From contig CM059432.1 of assembly GCA_030390025.1 (NCBI GenBank), forward strand, positions 36,892,001 through 36,956,000: a DNA stretch of 64,000 nt, in the 5' to 3' direction. A program made the position numbers and the translations under genes. This document shows positions 41,130 to 54,693 of this stretch, piece after piece. The stretch's first letter is position 1. Every line of letters starts with the position of its first letter. Origin of the DNA: Squalus acanthias. Lineage: Eukaryota. The notes under the pieces are model-generated. The model was not told the origin of the DNA. It did not search any database and was given only the letters and a program-made list of their open reading frames with translations.

Positions 41130-41560
41130 GTTTAGTGGTAGCACTCTCACCTCTGAGTCAGAATGTTGCGAGATTAAACCCCACCCGAGGACTTGAGAAC
41201 ATAATCAGTGCTGTACTGAATGAGTGCTGCATTACCTGAGCCTTTCTGATGACATTAAACCGAGAACCCGCCTACCTGTTCAAACAGACACAATAAACTG
41301 CGCGTCGCATTGCTGAAGCAGAGCAGGGAGCTCCCGCGAACTGCTAGCCAACATTCCTCCCTGAACTAACACCCCTGAAACAGCTGAACTGTTGGTTCAT
41401 CACATTGCACTTGTACTGCCTCGCTGTTTGCAAATTGGCTGCTGCATTTGCCTACATAAAAGTGACTGAACTTCAAAAGTAATTATCTGGCTGTGAAGTG
41501 CTTTGGGACCTCTTGAAGATGTGATATAACACCATATATACACACAAGTCTTTCTTTCTT
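41130..41560 (+). mobile_element. Degenerate Deu-domain SINE
   Basis: ggtagcactctcacctctgagtcagaa...gatgacattaaaccgag...caaattggctgctgcattt. Confidence 0.7.
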
Positions 41561-42389
41561 TCCTTCTATAACACAGCTCAAAATACACACTCCATGCACC
41601 GTCCAAAATCTAAAAAAACTCCATCATGATCCTTTATGATCTGCAAGGTTCAAGGAAACACTGCGTAGACATTTCTGATGCTCACCAAGAGGTTTCACTG
41701 AAAATCCAGTGACAGCGATTTAGAAGTTTCCCCTAATTGTTCTTGTGCCCTGCCAATACACACACAATTGTTTGGCAAAGCACCCAAGATGGTGCCCATC
41801 ATAAAGTGGATTAGCAGATTCATGTTTTGTCTACAAGAGGAGAAGAAAACAGTCTCCTCTTTATTATTATGGGTCCTACTCAGAATTATTTATTAAGATC
41901 CTTTGGGACATTCCAAGTTTTTGGCGTAATGGAGATGGTTGGCAACAAGTGTTATGGCCCTGATTAAAGAGAACTGTTTGACCATGATGGTCAGTTACTG
42001 AAGCTTGCTATCCAACTAATAGTTTCAGGAAGTAAATCAACAGCTACCTGTTCAACTTTGCCAATACCACTCCATTACCAGCTCCCTGGAGTTGCATGAC
42101 AGTAGCTTCGGATGTCTAACGTCCAATTTTCTTCATTACAGGGACCCCTTAACCTCTATTCAACCCAACACTCCTCCTGTTCCACCCATTCTACCCACAA
42201 AACACTGCCACTAAAAATAGGAGCTCACTGCACAGGAAGTTCTGCACATGAACCCACATCCAATTGACCCACCAAAACGACTCCTTAAAAAAGACGAAGC
42301 CTTTTATGTACTAGTACTTAAAAAAACAAGAACATTACTGCTGCACCTGTAACTGTAAATTTATAAAGAACTAGGATTTAGCAGGGAAA

Positions 42390-43095
42390 GGGATCTCGGG
42401 GTACACATTCACAAATCACTAAAAGTATCAATGCAGATTAATAAGACCATAAAAAAGCGAACCAACCATTGGGGTTCATTTCCAGATGGATAGAAGTGAA
42501 AAGCAGAGAAGTTATGTTAAACTTGCATGGTACCTTGGTGAGACCACACTTGGATTATTGCACACAGTTCCAGTCTCGATATGATAAAAAGGATATAGAG
42601 GCATTGGAAAAGATGCAAAAAAAATTCACAAGAATGATACCAGAACTGAGAGGATATAACTATCAAGAAAGACAGAACAGGCTGGGGCTCTTTTCTCCAG
42701 AAAAGAGAAGACTGAGAAGTGACCCGATCAAGGTCTTTAAGATAATGAAAGGGTTTAATGGGGTAGATATAGTTAAAAACTTTTCCACTTGTGGGAGAGT
42801 CCAAACTAGAGATCATAAATTTAAAAGATTCACCAATAAATCCAATAGGGGATTCAGAAGAAATTTCTTTACCCAAAGAGTGGTAAGAATGTGGAACACG
42901 CTACCACAGGGAGTAGTTGAGGCAAATAGCACAGATGCATTTAAGGGGAAGCTCGATAAGCACGAGGGAGAAAAGAGTGTAAGGATCTGCTGATAGGGTT
43001 AGATAAAGAGGGATGGTCGGAAGCTTATGTGGAGCATTAAACGTGACCATACACCAGTTTGACTGAATGGCCTGTTCCTGTGCTGTAGACTCAAT
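42390..43095 (+). mobile_element. CR1 LINE 3' fragment
   Basis: 174-aa ORF LVRPHLDYC...NFFTQRVVRMWNTLPQ. Confidence 0.88.
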
Positions 43096-43309
43096 GTAAT
43101 GTAGGAAACATGGAGTTACAACAGTGACTACACTTCAAAAGTACTTCATTGGCTGTAAAACACTTTGGGACATACCGAGATCATGAAAGGCACTATATAA
43201 ATGCAATCTTTCTTTCTTCCTTCATGTAACAGTCAAGTCACAGGATTTCATGACTATATAATGTAGAATGTATTGAAACAAGAAGTGTCGAACTCACTGG
43301 CCCTGACTC

Positions 43310-43650
43310 ATTCGATAAGGTGCCACATAGAAGTTTCCGACGCAAGATAAGGGGTCATGGGGTTGGGGGTAATATATTAGCATGGATAGAGGATTGGTTA
43401 ATGGACAGAAAACAGAGTAGGGATAAACGGGTCATTGGAATTCTCTACTCCAAAGGGCTGTGGCTGCTGAGTCATTGAGTATATTCAAGGCCGAGATAGA
43501 TAGATTTTTGGACTCATGGGGAATCAAGAGATATGGGGATCAGGCGGGAAAGTGGAGTTGAGATCGAAGATCAACCATGATCTTACTGAATGGTGGAGCA
43601 GGCTCGAAGGGCCGTATGGCCTACTCCTGCTCCGAATTCTGATGTTCTTA
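43310..43650 (+). mobile_element. Internally deleted CR1 fragment
   Basis: FDKVPH region joined directly to the 3' end (ggaattctctactccaaagggctgtgg...ggcctactcctgctcc). Confidence 0.75.
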
Positions 43651-44504
43651 TGGCCACCCATGCAAAATCTCAGCAGTTCTGTAACAGAATGGAAGCCCAT
43701 CAGGAAGGCAATACACCCGGTTTTCGTGCTGTATTACACCCAACTGACAATATGAACATGACAACAGCACTTCCAACCACTGGAGCATCTCCACTCATTA
43801 GTTTAGAACTAAATATTGCTGTGCCTGCTGAAACAGTTGCACACATTATGCCAGCAATCAGCTTCAGACCCAAGAGAAACCTTCTGCCTTTACAAAACCC
43901 ATTACTTCAGCAAATGTGCCAGAAACATGCAAGTGGGTGTGGAGAGGAAAACCAGAATGCTTCTGCTTGGAAGGAAGAAACTGCATGTGTATATAGCACC
44001 TTTCATACGTGCAGAATGTCCCAAAGCACTTCACAATTGCAGGTTTACTTCTAAAGTTCAGTCATTGTTATATAGGCAAAAAGAGTAAATTCTCTAATAC
44101 AAGCACACACAGTAAGTACACCACCTGGAATTGCATAGAGCAGAAGGCGCCTAATCAGCTGATCTCCGAGGAAGAGAAAAAAAAACTACAATTGGCCTCA
44201 GCACTTCCCAGGATTTCCACCCCTGATCACCAGTGCTTTCTGGATGTGGAGTGAGGACAGTATCCTGCATAACGCACTGTCAACTCACTTTAGATAGGAC
44301 TTGTTCACTCAGAGGGCAGTGAATATGTAGAATTGCCTATCCAGGGAGGCAGTGAAAGTGGAGAATGTTATAAATTTTTGAAGGGTGAAATATATACATT
44401 TTTGGCAGACAGATGTATTAGTGGTTAAGTTGGGTAAGACATCCGTCGCTTTTGAAACCAGCCCAATGGACCACAGGGGTTGTTTTCGACCCTTCATATT
44501 CGTA

Positions 44505-44936
44505 TGTCAGCTGTGGCTCAGCTGGTAGCACACTCGCCTCCGAGTCAGAAGGTTGTGGGTTCAAGTTCCACTCCATAAAGCTAGGCTGACACTCCAGTGC
44601 AGTGCTGAGGGAGTGCTGCACTGTCGGAGGTGCCGTCTTTCGGATGAGACATTAAACCGAGGCCCTGTCTGCTCTCTCAGGTGGATGTAAAAGATCCTAT
44701 GGCACTATTTCGAAGAAGAGCGGGGGAGTTATCCCCAGTGTCCTGGCCAATATTTATCCCTCAACCAACATAACAAAAACAGATTATCTGGTCATTATCA
44801 CATTACTGCTGTGCGCAAATTGGCTGCCGCATTTCCCGCTTTACAATAGTGACTCCACTTCAAATAGAACTTCATCGGCTGTAGAATGCATCGAGACGTC
44901 CGGTGGTCGTGAAAGGCACTATATAAATGCAAGTCT
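44505..44936 (+). mobile_element. Full-length tRNA-derived Deu-domain SINE (SacSINE1-like)
   Basis: A box tggctcagctgg, B box ggttcaagtt, Deu core gatgagacattaaaccgaggcc...ggcactatttcgaagaagagc...aatatttatccctcaacc, L2-like tail ggcactatataaatgcaagt. Confidence 0.88.
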
Positions 44937-47900
44937 CGCTTTTTTTATGCTCTCAAGGAAATTGGGGCATTATGAAAGGGGTTAGATTAAGTATGTCAGG
45001 AGTAACCTTGATTTCCCCAGTGTTATTCTGGAAATTAGCCACAGACTTTTTTTCCACCTCACTAAGAATTAGCACCAATAGCAACTGGAATGTGAGGGGC
45101 ACGAGGCTGCACCATCTAACACAGGGGTGTGTATTGCTGGGCCTGATGGCCTTTTTCACCTTTTCATACATTTGCAGGTCGAGGTTGACACATGAAGAAT
45201 TGTCACTCGAGTGAGGTACTGGTTATCTTCCTGTGCCTGTGAAGCCTTACCCCAACAATAAGTTGACGTTTTAAGGGGAGAAAACTGCCAAAATGCCTTT
45301 TTTTTTAAATTAAAAACCAAGTACACATGGGGAGCAGTAGACATTGTGACTTGTAGAGAGAATCCACCTGAAATATTACACCAGAATTATTGGATCTGAA
45401 TGCCAAGACACTGAAGTGGGAAAGCCACCATATCTATTATGATCCAACAGGTATCAACACATCTGATTCCATAGTACTCAAGTAGCAATTATCCTCCTTG
45501 GAACAAATTCTGATCCATTGTGCAGACAACAACATTCCAGCAACATAGTGCATTCACGAAGCAAATGTTCAGATTGAGGATGGGGGAAACCAGCTGATCA
45601 GTAATCAGAGCAACAAGACTACAGCATCAGCACTAAAATAGCCGAGACAGTACTAATGGATGGATTCAGGTATAGCAACTGCTTTTCGTGTACACATTTT
45701 CTTGTGCAGCAAGACGATTTGAAGAAAGCACGACTTCCTCAAAGAGTTATAAGGGTCTTACATATGCAGCACAATCATGCAAGAATAATGGGACCAGCGA
45801 GATTTTGGCAAAAGGCAATTCCCTTTTTCTGGTCAATATACTTGATTCTAGATTGTTCCTTTTTTCTGTACTTCAAATATAATTCTACACCCATGCAAAC
45901 CAACTTTTCCACAAAACCCAATACATAGGAAAAATAAAATGTGCTATGTTTTGGGACAGGCGCAGTACTCTTTTGCTCCCATCTATGCCAGAGGTTTCAG
46001 ATTCAGCCCTGAACAAGTGCGTTACAGGGGGCGCTCTTGCCTGTCCTTCGCACTTAAGAATTTCATTTCTCACCCCTGCACTCAAAGACTTTCCTTGTCC
46101 TTTGCTAAATTTGCTTCCCATATTAGAGAGTGGCAATCTCACCAGATTTATAGTCTTGAGCACAGCAGTCACTCTGAGGGAGTATGCAGGCAGCTCCTTC
46201 AATTACCATGCTACAAAAACAAGTATCTTCGCCACTAACAGCGTTGACAAGATCATTCTGCAGAAGCAATGTGCTCCAACTGTGGCCCCAGCAAAATATC
46301 TTGGGGTCCCTATCAATAACCATCTCACTTAATTTGAATCTCGTACCCATCACAAAAAAAAGGATCTACTGAGTCATGATATTCAAAAATTATCCTCCGG
46401 CGAGGAGTTCAATTCAAGAATACACAAAGTACAATATTAAGGGAATCAAGGGATATATATACATACACACATGCAGGTACACACTAATGCCAGAATTTAC
46501 TAGGTTACAAGCCAGAAATTCCAGTTTTCAATCAACTGCTGGATTGGAGTATCAGAATAAGCAGAAGTTTAAGTTGGCAAGGATTTCTTAAAAAAGATGA
46601 CCTTGAAAATTTTAAGTGGAATTTCCATATCAAATCATCCACTTCAAGGTATATTGACATCCCAAGGTTCAACAAATTTCACTCATTCTTTTGATCAAAC
46701 AGCAGCTCCAGCCAGTCAGCTCAAAATATTATCCCCTCACACAACTCTATGTCCACTGTGTCACTGTGTTGAAATCAAGACCCAGCACGTCAGAGTAAAA
46801 CTCACGCTTTGCAAGGACCTCAGAACTGTGGAATTCATTACCTCCTTCAATTTTCCCTTCCTCCAACAACATTCGTGTTTTAAACACAAACTTAGCATCA
46901 ACTGACCACAACTTTATAATTTACCGAGGCTTCCTACCCTTCAAACCCAGTGATCCCAACTACTATGCCTCAACCACCAAAACAGATTAACAGGTCATTC
47001 ATCTCATTGCTGTTTGTGGGACCTTGCTGTGCGCAAATTGGCAGCTGTGTTGGCCTACAAAAACAGTGGCTACAGTTCATAAAGTAACTATTTGGCTTTA
47101 AGTGCTGAAGGGATGTCTCAAGCACGATATAAATTCAAGTCTTTCCTGTTTAGGGGATTTGGCCATTCACCTAGGTTCCTCAAATTCCATTTTTCAATCT
47201 ATTATCTTGCCTATTTCCCTTCCCTCCTGAAGACATTTGATTTCTTCCTGGAGTACCCTCCTGAAGACATGATTTTCTTGTACTCCAGGAAGAAGTCAAA
47301 CAGTCATCTCCTGTATCACCTACATGGACATTCTTCATGCATGAGCCAAAACAGTGATTATTGGAAGGTGAATCGACCAATCCGGTATCCTCATCCAACA
47401 TCCGTGCACTCTTCATTGCCAGCAGTGGTTGATGATTAGCGATCAGAAGTGGATAACATTGGATAATTTTTCTTTCCATAAAGCCAGGGAGAAAAAGCCA
47501 TGAGTTGCACTGCTACGACTGCCCCAACAGACAACAGCTGCAACTGCACAAGAAAAATCAAGGACAAAAAGGAGCCATTTGGCTCATCTTTACAGGACAC
47601 AAACTTTCCTGTCCCACTGCTCAACTGCAGAAACTCAGCACAGTCCACCTGACCTGAATAGCTAAACTATTCACAGATAAAAATCAATGGGCTACCAGGA
47701 AATCACAAAAGCCTAAATAAATATTCCCCGGGACACCAAGGGGAATTTCCTACTCTTCTGCAAAAGTGTGCCATGAGATCTTTTATGTCCACCTAAGAGG
47801 GTAGATGAGGCCTTGGTTTAACGTGTCATCCGAAAGACACATCTTCTAATGCCCTCCGCCACTTTAACAGTTTCCAGGCCCTAACCATCTCCTTTTCAAC

Positions 47901-48271
47901 GTGAACATCCAAACCTCAACACCTCCACCACCCACGAGGATGGCCTGAGGGCCCTCCGCTTCTTCCTTGAACGGAGGTCCAACCAGTCCTCATCCACCAA
48001 CACCCTTCTCTGCCTGGCTGAACTGGTTCTTACATTGAATAACTACTCCTTTGACTCCACTCACTTCCTCCAAATTAAAGATGTTGCTATGGGAAACTAT
48101 GAGTCCCAGCTATACCTGCCTTTTCGTGGGATATGTGGAATGTTCTTTGTTCCAATCCTACTCAGGTCCCCTCCCTCACCTCTTTTTCCAGTACATTGAT
48201 GACTGTATTGGTGCAGTTTCCTGCTCTTGCCCGGAATTGCAAAATTTCATCAACTTTGCTTCCAGTTCCAC

Positions 48272-48516
48272 CAATGTTTCCTCTTTTTTTTTTTGGGAGC
48301 GCAGCCAATGCGTGAAACTTTACATTGAACAAGCCAGTCCCGGGTGCGGACCGCGCACCTCAAAGGTGCAAGAGGGTGCAACAATCTGAAAGGTCCCGCG
48401 CAGGTCGGTCACTGGCTTTTACATTGTAAATATCACGCAAGCGCAGAAATTTCAAGGGACTACATATTAAAAGCAACAGGCTGCACAGAACAAAGTGCAG
48501 CTTTCAGGGAACATTG
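48272..48516. mobile_element. hAT-like MITE
   Basis: TIRs CAATGTTTCCT ... AGGGAACATTG; no clear TSD. Confidence 0.7.
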
Positions 48517-48932
48517 CTATAAGCCCACTGAATCCCACAGCTACCCTGACTACACATCCTCCCACCCCACTTCCCGTAAAGACTATTCCATTCTCCCAGT
48601 TTCTCCATCGCATCTGTTCCGACGATGTCACCTTCTGTACCAGTGCTTCCGATATATCTTCCTTTTTCCTCAACCGAGGATTCCCCATCACCATGGTTGA
48701 CAGGGCCCTCAAACGTGTCCATCCCATTTTCTGCACTCACCCCTTCCCCTCCCTCCCAGAACCACGATTGGTTGCCTTGTCCTCACCTTCCACCCCACCA
48801 GCCTCCACATTCAACGGATCATCCTACGCCATTTCCGCCACCTCCAGCGTGATCCCACCATCAAACACAAATTCCCCTCCCCTTTCAGCATTCTGAAGGG
48901 ACCGATGCCTCCGCTATACCCTGGTCCACTCT

Positions 48933-51714
48933 CATAAGAAATAGGAGTAGGCCATTTGGTCCTTCATGCCTGCTCCGCCATTCAATAAGATCATGGCTGA
49001 TCTTCTACCTCAACTCCACTTTCCTGAAATATCCCCATATCCCTGGATTCCCTGAATGTTCAAAAATCTATCCATCTCTGTCTTGAATATACTCAACGGC
49101 TGAGCCTCCACAGCCCTCTGGGGTAGAGAATTCCAAAGATTCACCTCCCTGAGTGAAGAAATTTCTCCTCATCTCTGTCCTAAATGGCCGACCCCTTATT
49201 CTGAGACTGTGACCCCTGGTTCTAGACTCCCCAGCCAGGGGAAACATCCTCCCTGCATCTACCCTGTCAAGCCCAGTAAGAATTTTGTATGTTTCAATGA
49301 GATCACCTCTCATTCTTCTAAACTCGAGAGAATATAGGCCGAGTCTACTCAATCTCTCCTCATAGGACAATCCCCCCATCCCAGAAACCAGTCTGGTGAA
49401 CCTTCGTTGCACTCCCTCTATGGCAAGTATAGCCTTCCTTAGGTAAGGAGACCAAAACTGCACACAATACTCCAGGTGTGGTCTCACCAGGGCCCTATAT
49501 AATTGCAGTAAGATGTCTTTACTCTTATACTCAAATCCTCTTGTAATAAAGGCCAACATACCATTTGCTTTCCTAATTGCTTGCTGTACCTGTACAAAGA
49601 CACCCAGGTCCCTCTGAACACCAACATTTCCCAATCTCTCACCATTTAAAAAATACACTGCTTTTCTATTTTTCCTACCAAAGTGGATAATTTCACATTT
49701 CTCCACATTATATTCCATTTGCCATGTTCTTGCCCACTCACCTAGTCTATATCCCCTTGAAGCCTCCTTGCATCCTCCTCACAACTTACATTCCCACACA
49801 GCTTTGTATCATCAGCACATTTGGATATATTACATTTGGTCCCCTCATCCAAATCATTGATGCAGATTGTAAATAGCTGAGGCCCAAGCTCTGATCCTTG
49901 CAGTACCCCACTAGTTACAGCCTGCCAACCTGAAAATGACTCGTTTATTCCTACTCTGTTTTCTGTCCGTTAACCAATCCTCAATCCATGCTAGTATATT
50001 ACCCCCAATCCCATGAGCCCTAATTTTGTTTAATAACCTCTTGTATGGCACCTTATCGAATGCCTTCTGAAAATCCAATACACCACATCCACTGGTTCCC
50101 CCTTATCTATTCTGCTAGTTATAACCTCTAACAGATTCGTCAAACATGATTTCCCTTTCATAAATCCATGTTGACTCTGCCCAATCCTATTATGATTTTC
50201 TAAGTGCCCTGTTACCATGTCCTTAATAATAGATTCTAGCATTTTCCCTTCTACTGATGTCAGGCTAACTGGTCTGTAGTGCCCCGTTTTCTCTCTCCCT
50301 CCTTTCTTAAATAGTGGGGTTACATTTGCTACCTTCCAATCCGCGGGAACCGTTCTAGAATCTATGGAATTTTGGAAAATGACAACCAATGCATCCACTA
50401 TCTCTATAGCCAACTCTTTCAAAACCCTAGGATGTAGGCCATCAGGTCCAGGGGATTTTTCAGCTTTCAGCCCCATTAATTTCTCCAGTACTACTTTTTT
50501 ACGAATACTAATTTCTTTCAGTTCCTCATTCTCGCTCGACCCTTGGTTCTCCACCATTTCCGGGAAGTTTTTTGCATCTTCTTCCGTGAAGACAGACACA
50601 CAATATTCGTTTAATTTCTCTGCCATTTCCTTATTCCCCATTATAATTTCTCTTGTCTCAGCCTGTAAGGGACCCACATTTACTTTCGCTAATCTTTTCC
50701 TTTTTACATACCTATAGAAGCTTTTACAGTCTGTTTTTGTGTCTCTCGCTAGTTTACTCTCGTATTCTATTTTCCCTTTCTTGATCAATTTCTTGGTCCT
50801 CCTTTGCTGAATTCTAAAATCGTCCCAATCCTCAGGCTTACTACTCTTTTTGGCAGCATTATAAGCCTCTTCCTTTGACCCAATACTATCTTTAACTTCT
50901 CTTGTTAGCCACGGTTGGACCACTTTTCCAGTGGGGTTTTTGTGCCTTAAAGGAATGTACATTTGTTGTAAATTATGTATTAATTCTTTAAATGCTAGCC
51001 ATTGCTTGTCTACTGTCATACCTTTTAATGTAGTTTCCCAATCTACCTTGGCCAACTCGCCCCTCATACCTACGCAGTTTGCTTTGTTTAGATTTAAGAC
51101 CCTAGTTTTGGATTTAACTTAGTCACTTTCAAACTCAATATCAAATTCTATCATATTATGGTCACTCTTCCCTAAAGGCCCCTTTACTACAAGTTTATTA
51201 ATTAACCCTTTCTCATTGCACAATACTAGATCTAAAATAGTCTGTTCCCTAGTTGGTTCCTCAACATACTGATCTAGAAAACTATCTGGCATATATTCCA
51301 TGAATTCGTCCTCCACACTATTACTGCAAATTTGATTTGCCCAGTCTATATGTAGATTAACGTCCCCCATGATTACTGTATTACCCTTGTTACATGCGCC
51401 TCTAATTTCCTGATTCATACTCTGCCCTACATTACAACTACTGTTTGGGGGCCTATAAACAACTCCCACCAATGTTTTCTGCCCCTTTCTGTTTCTTAGC
51501 TCCACCCAAACTGATTCTACTTGTTGATTTTCGGAGCTAAGATCCTTTCTCTCTACTGTCTTTATCCCATCCTTTATCAGGGCTACCATTCCTCCTTTCC
51601 CATTTTGCCTATCCCTTCTAAAAGTTATGTATCCTGGAATATTTAGCTCCCAACCGTGGCCACTTTGCAACCACATCTCCATTATGGCTATTAGATCAAA
51701 CCTGTTAATTTCTA
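48933..51714 (-). mobile_element. Long CR1 LINE (APE endonuclease + RT), relatively young
   Basis: ORFs of 187, 345 and 216 aa with VYRPPN, GKSDH, PGPDGLHPRVLKE, QHGFMKGKSCLTNL, VRPHLEYCVQFW. Confidence 0.93.
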
Positions 51715-52269
51715 TCTGCCACCTTCCACACCACCAGCTTCCACATTCAACGGATCATCCTCCGCCATTTCCGCTACCTCCAGCATGATCCCACCATCAA
51801 ACACAACTTCCCCTCCTCTTTCAGCATTCCGAAGGGACCGTTGCCTCTGCGACAGTCTGGTCCACTCAACCCAAACACCCACTCCCCTTCCCACGGCAAC
51901 TTCCTGTGCAAGCGCAGGAGATGCAACATCTGCCCTTTTACCTCCTCTCTTCCCACCGGCTAGGACTCCAAACACTCAGTTGAAACAGCGATTTACTTGT
52001 ACTTCTTTCAATTTAGTATACTGTATTCGCTGCTCACGATGCGGTCTCCTCGACATTGGGGAGACCAAACGCAGATTGTGTGACTGCTTTGCAGAACTCT
52101 TCCATTCAGGCCGCACGCGTGACCCCCGTGGTTCCGGTCACCTGTCCTTCTAATTCTCCGGACCATTCCCACTCTGACCTCGGCATCCTACACTGTTCCA
52201 ATGAAGCTCAACGTAAGCTCAAGGAACAGCACCTCATCTTTTTATTAAGCACTTTACAGGCTTCCACAC

Positions 52270-52412
52270 CAATGTCCCCTGTAATTTTGTTTGGCGCCGC
52301 ACGGCACCATTAAGGGCTGTGCGGGCCAAAGTACCGCGCATGTGCTGTTTTTCCATTGAAAAGCCGGCTGCGCAGGATCCCTGGAGCTCTACGCAGCTTA
52401 CAGGGAACATTG
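52270..52412. mobile_element. hAT-type MITE, 143 bp, with an 8-bp TSD
   Basis: TIRs CAATGTCCCCTGTAA / TTACAGGGAACATTG; flanks TTCCACAC (52262-52269) and TTCTGCAC (52413-52420). Confidence 0.82.
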
Positions 52413-52706
52413 TTCTGCACTCACTGAGTTCAATAATTTCAGATCATAACCTCTGCCCCCATTTTTTCGGGCGGCAGCTGTTGCTGCAAATTCAGATATT
52501 CCCATTTACAGCTCCTTTAGACCCATCTTTTGTTTCTTTACTTGTCCCATTACCACCCCCTTTCGCCTTGCACCACATCATCCCTTCTGTCATTTAATCT
52601 CTCCTGCTTTCTACCCCATCACAGACCTTCCCTTTTGTTCTTTCCACTCTCCAGCCTTTCCCTGCCTCTGTACTTGCTTAAAACTTTACATTTCTAACCT
52701 TTTCCC

Positions 52707-52741
52707 GTTCTGACAAAAGGTGATCAACCTGAAACGTCAAC
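52707..52741 (+). ncRNA. Mutated hammerhead ribozyme motif in the Penelope 3' terminal repeat
   Basis: GTT-CTGACAA-A-AGGT(GATCA)ACCT-GAAA-CGTC-AAC. The core G of CUGANGA is changed to A, so it is probably inactive. Confidence 0.6.
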
Positions 52742-54693
52742 TCTGTTTCTCTCTCCACAGATGCTGCTTGACCTGCTGAGTATTCCCAGCATTTTCTGTT
52801 TTTATTTCAGATTTCCAGCATCTGCAGTATTCTGCTTTTGTAAGCCTAAATAACTGTTCTTTTAACATTTAGATATCTGGACTTGAAGTCACAGATTCAA
52901 ACTATTGTGGGAAAAGTCATTAGCATTCCAGTAATGATCCAAAAAAATTACTTGTGTACCTTTCGAAATTAACCCAGCTTCCCACATTGAAATACATAGC
53001 TATAATACATTAAATTGGTCCATAGTGCACACTTCCTGCAAGATTCACACTTACTTCCTGTCACACATTGGTGGTCACACTTCAATGTCACAGCTTAAAC
53101 ATCACATTTCAATATATCCTCTGACTCACTCTGACCAACACCATGGAAGGTCTGCTCATAAAATGTTTAAAACTATATGTAGAATTACTCATTAATATTT
53201 CCCTGCCAAACCGTAGACCTGACAATCTACTGTGAACAACATGTGGGGATCAAACCATATAAATGCCCCAATCCAGTTTATAATAAATGAACAAGCTTCT
53301 CTAAGAAGAAACAAAAGGTCCAGTTTGAAGGTGAAGGGAATAGCAGTTATTTCCTTTTATTCTGGTCACTCCTGGTCCTCATGCTGTAAATATCTGAAGG
53401 AAGACGTCTTGAAATGAAGGGACACCTCACAAAACAGCAGTCACTGCTTTCCATGGAACAGACTTGGCAGTAATTTTAAAATAGACTGGATGCAATATGG
53501 TTTCAAAGAGCAAGGCCCACGATTTTCATGACTAAAAAACCTTAAACAGCTGACTTGGCACTCAAAACACTGCAGGATAGGGGGTGGAAGCAGGGCACAC
53601 TTGATAATTCAATGGTGGGGGGGGGGGGGAGAGAGAGAGAAAAAAAGAGATTGTGACGACTGACCCTAAGCAAATTTGTAAACACACAGATACAAAAATG
53701 AGTCACATTTGGTTGATGCAGCAAGTAGAATTTGGGAAAAAATTTACACAACACTGAGCAAGGATCACAATACATAAAGGCAATCTGGATTTCTGCAAGC
53801 TGACTCAGGATAATGCTGGTCAAAACTGAAGTATTACTGATTGCCAAAGACACGTAGGGATTAAAACCTAGCATAAGACAAACTGAAGAGCTGTCAACAG
53901 CTACAAGACAGCTTTTCACTAATTGCCATCTGTAAAAAACAGAACACGATTACCTGATGAGGTCATAATTCACTGGTTTCAGCTTGTACAACTAGTGAAT
54001 CAAAACAGATTCACACTGTACATCTTCACATTTTCAATTTATATATAGTGAAAATATTTTAAATATGTAATAGGCTTTATGGTCACAAAAATGAAATAAT
54101 TCATAGTGCCAGCAAAACAAAAAGGCCAATCTGAGCATTTAAAATGTCTATTTGATCAAACAATATCCTGCCATTCTGTCGGCAATATTAAACCTTCAAA
54201 ACATACTGCTGCACCAGCATAAAAGGTTTATTAAACACAGTATCACGTAGTGTTTACTGCACATTCCGAGAGAATGTAATGACCCTCTGACTGACAGACG
54301 TGCTGCAGCGCTTCCTGTTACTTCTGCAACCCTAAGAGCAACAGCTTACAGCAATAACCTTCCACTGGAGTCAATATGCATGCACCATGCCATTGCACCG
54401 AAGAGGTTCTCCCACTCATATCCACTGCTGACCTATTAAATCTCCTTTGATAAGTTAACACCTAAAACAAGGAAGGGAGAGCTCAATTTAAAATTACAAA
54501 ACCTCAACTCTTGTAAAACATATTTATAGTATTTTAAAGCCACACTAGTTTGCGGTGCCAAGAACATGTACTTCAACATGATGGGGAGAGCAATGTTATG
54601 CAGCAAATACATTCTCAAAAAATGTATAGTTACAAATGTAGCCCACTGCTGCTGCAAGGAGTCAAAAACTACTAAAACCTCCTGATTACTTAC

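Larger units (their letters stand above)
47842..52840 (+). mobile_element. Penelope-like element (RT + GIY-YIG), degenerate, interrupted by a CR1 and two MITEs
   Basis: RT motifs PSYTCLFVGY and QYIDDCIGA; GIY-YIG region FTCTSFNLVYCIRCSRCGLLDIGETKRRL; 3' terminal repeat with a hammerhead remnant. Confidence 0.85.

Noticed and set aside
44505..44580. tRNA-like A/B boxes (also at 14387 and 63380-63450)
   Set aside because: SINE heads continuous with SINE bodies, not tRNA genes.
45650..46335. Cluster of 60-130 aa ORFs
   Set aside because: Only a KYLGV-like motif, suggesting a very old LINE remnant; no coherent gene.
50030..51067. 345-aa ORF as a host or domesticated gene
   Set aside because: Part of a frameshifted CR1 ORF2 that is nearly identical to other copies.
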